Shown piece by piece: positions 61,001 through 64,000 of a stretch of DNA of 64,000 bases. The notes beneath the pieces were generated by a model. The model ran no database searches and was not told where the DNA came from. It saw nothing but the letters and a program-made list of their open reading frames with translations. Origin of the DNA: Podarcis tiliguerta (lineage: Eukaryota); the NCBI GenBank assembly GCA_965153285.1, contig OZ229114.1; one strand, written 5' to 3'. Made by a program: the position numbers and the translations under genes. Position 1 is the stretch's first letter, and each line of letters starts with the position of its first letter.

Positions 61001-62358
61001 TACTCTCACCAAAGTCCTCTTACCTGGAATAGAGGCATATTGGTGAGCTATATTGCATGGTTGTTATATACTATTCTCTAGGCCCAGCCTGCAGTGCAAG
61101 GATAAAAGCAATGGATAACACTGCAGGGATGTTGTAAGGTACTCTCTCTTCTCTAGGCAAACCCCCAACCGTCAAACCCCTGCAGGGTCGATATAAACCA
61201 CTCAGAACCCAAGCTGCAGTATTCGGCCCCCTACCTCTTAAGATTAGGCAAGCTTCAATTCCATAGTTATTTCAGAGCCTGTTTTAAAAGTTTACTCAGG
61301 CTTCCCCTAACTTAACTACCAGAGTTCCCTGGGAAGAGGGATTGGTGGTTAAACTACTCTGGCAACTGTAGCTCTGTGAGGGGAACAGGTGGGTCTCCTA
61401 ACAACTTCCAGCACCTTTAAACTACCGTAACCTAGGATTTATTATTATTTTACTAATGAGGTATAACAATGCTTTAAATATATGGTGCAGATGTGACTAA
61501 CATAGTGCCATCAAATCCTTATGAGGCTGTTCCCCATACTATTTTTTCCTAACTTAAAAAAAAAAAACTTCTGCAAACCATGGGTGCTACCATTTTGGCC
61601 ATATAATGGCAGGCCTTCTCCATTGACATGCAGAAACTGAAGATGATTAAAATATTGGCAAGTGCTGGTTCACACTACGCCCTGGCATGTAGCCTCTATG
61701 ATGGGTGAATCTGTACTTGTTCCTAGTATTTCCAAGCACAGTTTGGAAGATCATAAATGTTTCTTCTTAACAAACTCATTGCACCAGAGTTGGGAAAATA
61801 AAATCCCTAACACTGTGGATTTGGGTCGAAAAAAGGACTTGGGGTTATCTGTAAATCAGAACCACCACTTCCACCAAATTAAAGGCAACCAATGAAGTTT
61901 GCATTATAATACATAAGGAAATGAATGCCTCTGTTTCTTATGCCATGTAATTACTGACCAGATCTTATTTTGTTTTCATGTTTAACTTGTGTCAACTGTT
62001 GTAAGAAAACAGCTGCCTATCAATCTGCTTTATTTCTTTTGCTATTTTAATGCTTATGTGAAGGTCTTCAGATGAGTGGCAGTGACAAGAGGAAAGAAAC
62101 CTAGAAGTTCAAAGTAATGCTGGCAATGGTAAATGCTTCCAACTTAAGAAAACTGCCTATTATAACAAAAGATCTATTGATGTTTGAGTCTGAATGCAAA
62201 CTTTATCCAAGAAGTTTATACACACTTACCTGGACTAGAAATGCGGTCACGATACTTGGGTATATCATCACGCAATGTTTGAAGCATAACCCACATTGTG
62301 AATGTAAAGAGTGCAGCTAAGAAGCCATAGAATACAAGATAAAACAGCAGAATTAAGC
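45862..62358 (-). CDS. ATP1B3: Na+/K+-transporting ATPase subunit beta-3, spliced CDS span (exons 2-7; exon 1 outside window)
   Basis: Six exons (129,108,188,51,87,171 nt) in frame. They encode the TM helix [25 protein letters not shown], six ectodomain cysteines, YFPYYGK and [10 protein letters not shown]. The position convergent with TFDP2 matches the mammalian ATP1B3 locus. Confidence 0.96.
46814..46900 (-). CDS. ATP1B3: ATP1B3 exon 6 (87 nt), [29 protein letters not shown]
   Basis: ccatctatag| ... |gtgagt; YFPYYGK motif. Confidence 0.96.
47935..48830 (-). mobile_element. Decayed L2-like LINE fragment
   Basis: gtctgggtaggcttgc...tttagcaggtgtctaaaa and later RT-like reversed segments; highly degenerate. 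Confidence 0.4.
48850..48967. mobile_element. MITE family C, short deleted copy
   Basis: Same termini and CCTCCTAAAAAG..AGGGGAA interior as 40572-40829; TA flanks. Confidence 0.8.
50118..50515 (-). mobile_element. CORE/MIR-like SINE interrupted by the hAT MITE
   Basis: (ATTT)n tail, core-like GTGACTGGCCCAAGGTCACCCAG, and head ...ctctaaccattacacca resuming after the insert. Confidence 0.65.
50301..50496. mobile_element. hAT-type MITE nested in an older SINE
   Basis: 16-bp TIR CAGAGCTTTCCAAACT / AGTTTAGAAAGCTTTG (14/16 match) and perfect 8-bp TSD ctctaacc (50293-50300, 50497-50504). Confidence 0.85.
51992..52042 (-). CDS. ATP1B3: ATP1B3 exon 5 (51 nt), [17 protein letters not shown]
   Basis: catttcag| ... 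|gtgagt; the short IIGLKP exon typical of beta-3. Confidence 0.95.
53445..53632 (-). CDS. ATP1B3: ATP1B3 exon 4 (188 nt), [63 protein letters not shown]
   Basis: tcccccag| ... |gtaagt; beta-subunit signature CSG..D..FGY..G.PC...KMNR. Confidence 0.97.
54727..55085 (-). mobile_element. Full-length Sauria-type SINE
   Basis: Reverse-complement homologue of 28585-28938; degenerate 14-bp TSD taccaagtgtataa / taccgagtaaataa. Confidence 0.9.
56843..57091. mobile_element. Tigger-like MITE, family B (CpG-rich interior, duplicated right end)
   Basis: TA-CAGTCATACCTC left end and GAGGTACCACTA-TA right end; interior unrelated to family A. Confidence 0.75.
57952..58540. repeat. Perfect tandem array, 152-bp unit x 3.9
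   Basis: Unit starts at 57952, 58104, 58256 and 58408; identical ORF translations recur at 152-bp spacing. Confidence 0.97.
59920..60027 (-). CDS. ATP1B3: ATP1B3 exon 3 (108 nt), [36 protein letters not shown]
   Basis: tttttgtag| ... |gtatgt; lies within ORF 59876..60127. Confidence 0.95.
62230..62358 (-). CDS. ATP1B3: ATP1B3 exon 2 (129 nt), [43 protein letters not shown]
   Basis: Minus strand ttttttgcag| ... |gtaagt; transmembrane segment; absent from the ORF track. Confidence 0.97.
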
Positions 62359-62406
62359 CTGCAAAAAAGCATACAGGATGTAGAAGTTAGCAATATATTT
62401 AATACA

Positions 62407-62890
62407 TCAATACAATACAATACAACATACAATCATCATTACTATTCGTATTAAACAGATCAATTTCCTGCAAAGTCCTAAGTAAAGAGGTACATATTTA
62501 ACTGATGCTAAAAAGTGAATAATGTTGGTGCCAGCCATACCTCCAAGGGAAGGGAGTTCTACAGATATGGTGCTCCCACAGAGAAGACCCTATCTCATAT
62601 CACCACACTGCCGAGTTCACTCATCGGCAGGACAGCAAGAAGAGCCTACCATATAGATCTAAGCATATGGGCTATACAGAGAAATGCATCTTCAGGTATC
62701 TGAGTTTTAAGTTGTTTAGGGTTTTATAGTTTATGATTAACACATTTGCAAACATGCAACCAGTGAAGATGCTATGAAACTAAACGCAGCTTCTGAATCA
62801 AGGGTAGGTCCACAGAGCACATTACAGTAATGTATATAAAATACTACAGCTAGGCTACCCCCACCCAGGAAGGCCGTAGCTGGTGAACTA
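62407..62890 (-). mobile_element. Decayed L2-like LINE 3' fragment
   Basis: (CAATA)n tail followed by gggagttctacagatatggtgctcccacagagaagaccct, typical of a reversed L2 ORF2 end. Confidence 0.5.
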
Positions 62891-62901
62891 GCATTTACAG
62901 A

Positions 62902-62947
62902 AGTAGTAGACGTAGAAGTAGTAGTAGTAGTAGCAGCAGTAGCAGCT
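62902..62947. repeat. Imperfect (AGT)n/(AGC)n trinucleotide repeat
   Basis: Read directly from the sequence. Confidence 0.8.
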
Positions 62948-63020
62948 ACACATACGTGTAGTTCTGGAACATATAATAAGGGTTAATATTTAATATGTTG
63001 TTTGCTCAATAACTTGTTTA

Positions 63021-63386
63021 AAGGTAAAGGTAAAGGTACCCCTGCTCGTATGGGCCAGTCTTGACAGACTCTAGGGTTGTGCGCCCATCTCACTCAAGAG
63101 GCCGAGGGCCAGCGCTGTCCGGAGACACTTCCGGCTCACGTGGCCAGCGTGACAAAGATGCATCTGGCGAGCCAGCGCAGCACACGGAAACGCCATTTAC
63201 CTTCCCGCCAGTAAGCAGTCCCTATTTATCTACTTGCACCCGGGGGTGCTTTCGAACTGCTAGGTTGGCAGGCACTGGGACCAAGCAACAGGAGCGCACC
63301 CCGCCGCGGGGATTCGAACCGCCAACCTTTCGATCGGCAAGGCCTAGGTGCTGAGGCTTTTACCCACAGCGCCACCTGCGTCCCTT
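63021..63386 (-). mobile_element. Full-length Sauria-type SINE, different subfamily, young
   Basis: (GGTAAA)n tail, B box (GGATTCGAACC on plus strand), retained CpGs, perfect 15-bp TSD tcaataacttgttta at 63006-63020 and 63387-63401. Confidence 0.92.
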
Positions 63387-63417
63387 TCAATAACTTGTTT
63401 AGGGAAACATAAAATTC

Positions 63418-63548
63418 ACAGGGGTAGCCAACATAGTGCCCTCCAGACGTTGCTGGCCTATAACTCCCATAAGCCCTTGCCATGGACAGTGGTCAGGGAT
63501 GATGAGAGCTGTAGTCCAACATATGGAAGGCACCACATTGGCTACCTG
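63418..63548. repeat. Short palindromic squamate repeat (hAT-MITE-like); related decayed copies near 25981, 32260, 35545, 37365, 38250 and 46360
   Basis: ctataactcccat ... gatgagagctgtagtccaac inverted arms with cagggg-type ends. Confidence 0.55.
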
Positions 63549-64000
63549 ATCTAGCACATGACTTGAAGAACCAGATATGGCTATTTCCTCTTACAATGCT
63601 TTCTTGGCAAAAATTGTTCTTGCCCCCATCCAGCTCCTAATAGCCCTACTGTGGGGAGGAAGGGAAAGTGAGGTACAATGTGGAACACATGCCTTTTTGT
63701 CCACTGGAGGTCTAAAAGCAGTTGGAGGAGGGAACATTTTCATTAGAGAAGATCATATGAGAGAAAGTGCCACAACTCCATCTAATGCAACACAGACCTT
63801 TATCAGAGATCGTCTACCCACAAAACATACTTAAATATTCAAATCAAGTGTATTTAGGGTAAAGATTATTAAAAAGCAATATATTAAAAAGTTTGAAAGA
63901 ACAAAAAAATGAAATAGGCAGACATAGATTCTACAACACAGAGTCTGATAAAGACAAAGCAAGATGTCCATGCAGCTGTTTCTTGGAGCCTTGAAGGGCT

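Noticed and set aside
54727-63386. Possible inverted SINE pair forming dsRNA or circRNA in ATP1B3
   Set aside because: Both SINEs have the same orientation, and the opposite-strand copy lies in the other gene.
1-64000. A novel multi-gene system
   Set aside because: All convincing coding sequence belongs to two known vertebrate genes, and the remaining structure is explained by TEs and simple repeats.

Overview
Eukaryotic (vertebrate) genomic DNA, about 38% GC by eye and intron-rich. Its repeats (Sauria-type SINEs, CR1/L2 relics, TA-flanked MITEs) point to a squamate, probably a lacertid lizard; this is an inference. Two spliced genes lie tail-to-tail. TFDP2 (transcription factor Dp-2, + strand) has ten coding exons from 9034 to the stop at 29990, with its canonical 5' exons probably upstream of the window. 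ATP1B3 (Na+/K+-ATPase beta-3, - strand) has exons 2-7 from 62358 to the stop at 45862, with exon 1 beyond the right edge. I translated every exon by hand: all have GT-AG boundaries, consistent phases and lengths matching the mammalian orthologues as I recall them. The rest is intronic or intergenic sequence with SINEs, LINE relics, MITEs (two nested in older elements), microsatellites and one perfect 152-bp tandem array. Almost all ORF-track entries are spurious. I see no novel multi-gene system. The best second-look items are a SINE inserted into a TFDP2 splice donor, the templated-junction tandem array, candidate alternative 5' exons of TFDP2, a purine-rich cryptic-exon or recursive-splice motif in ATP1B3 intron 3, and a poly(A) hexamer overlapping the TFDP2 stop codon.
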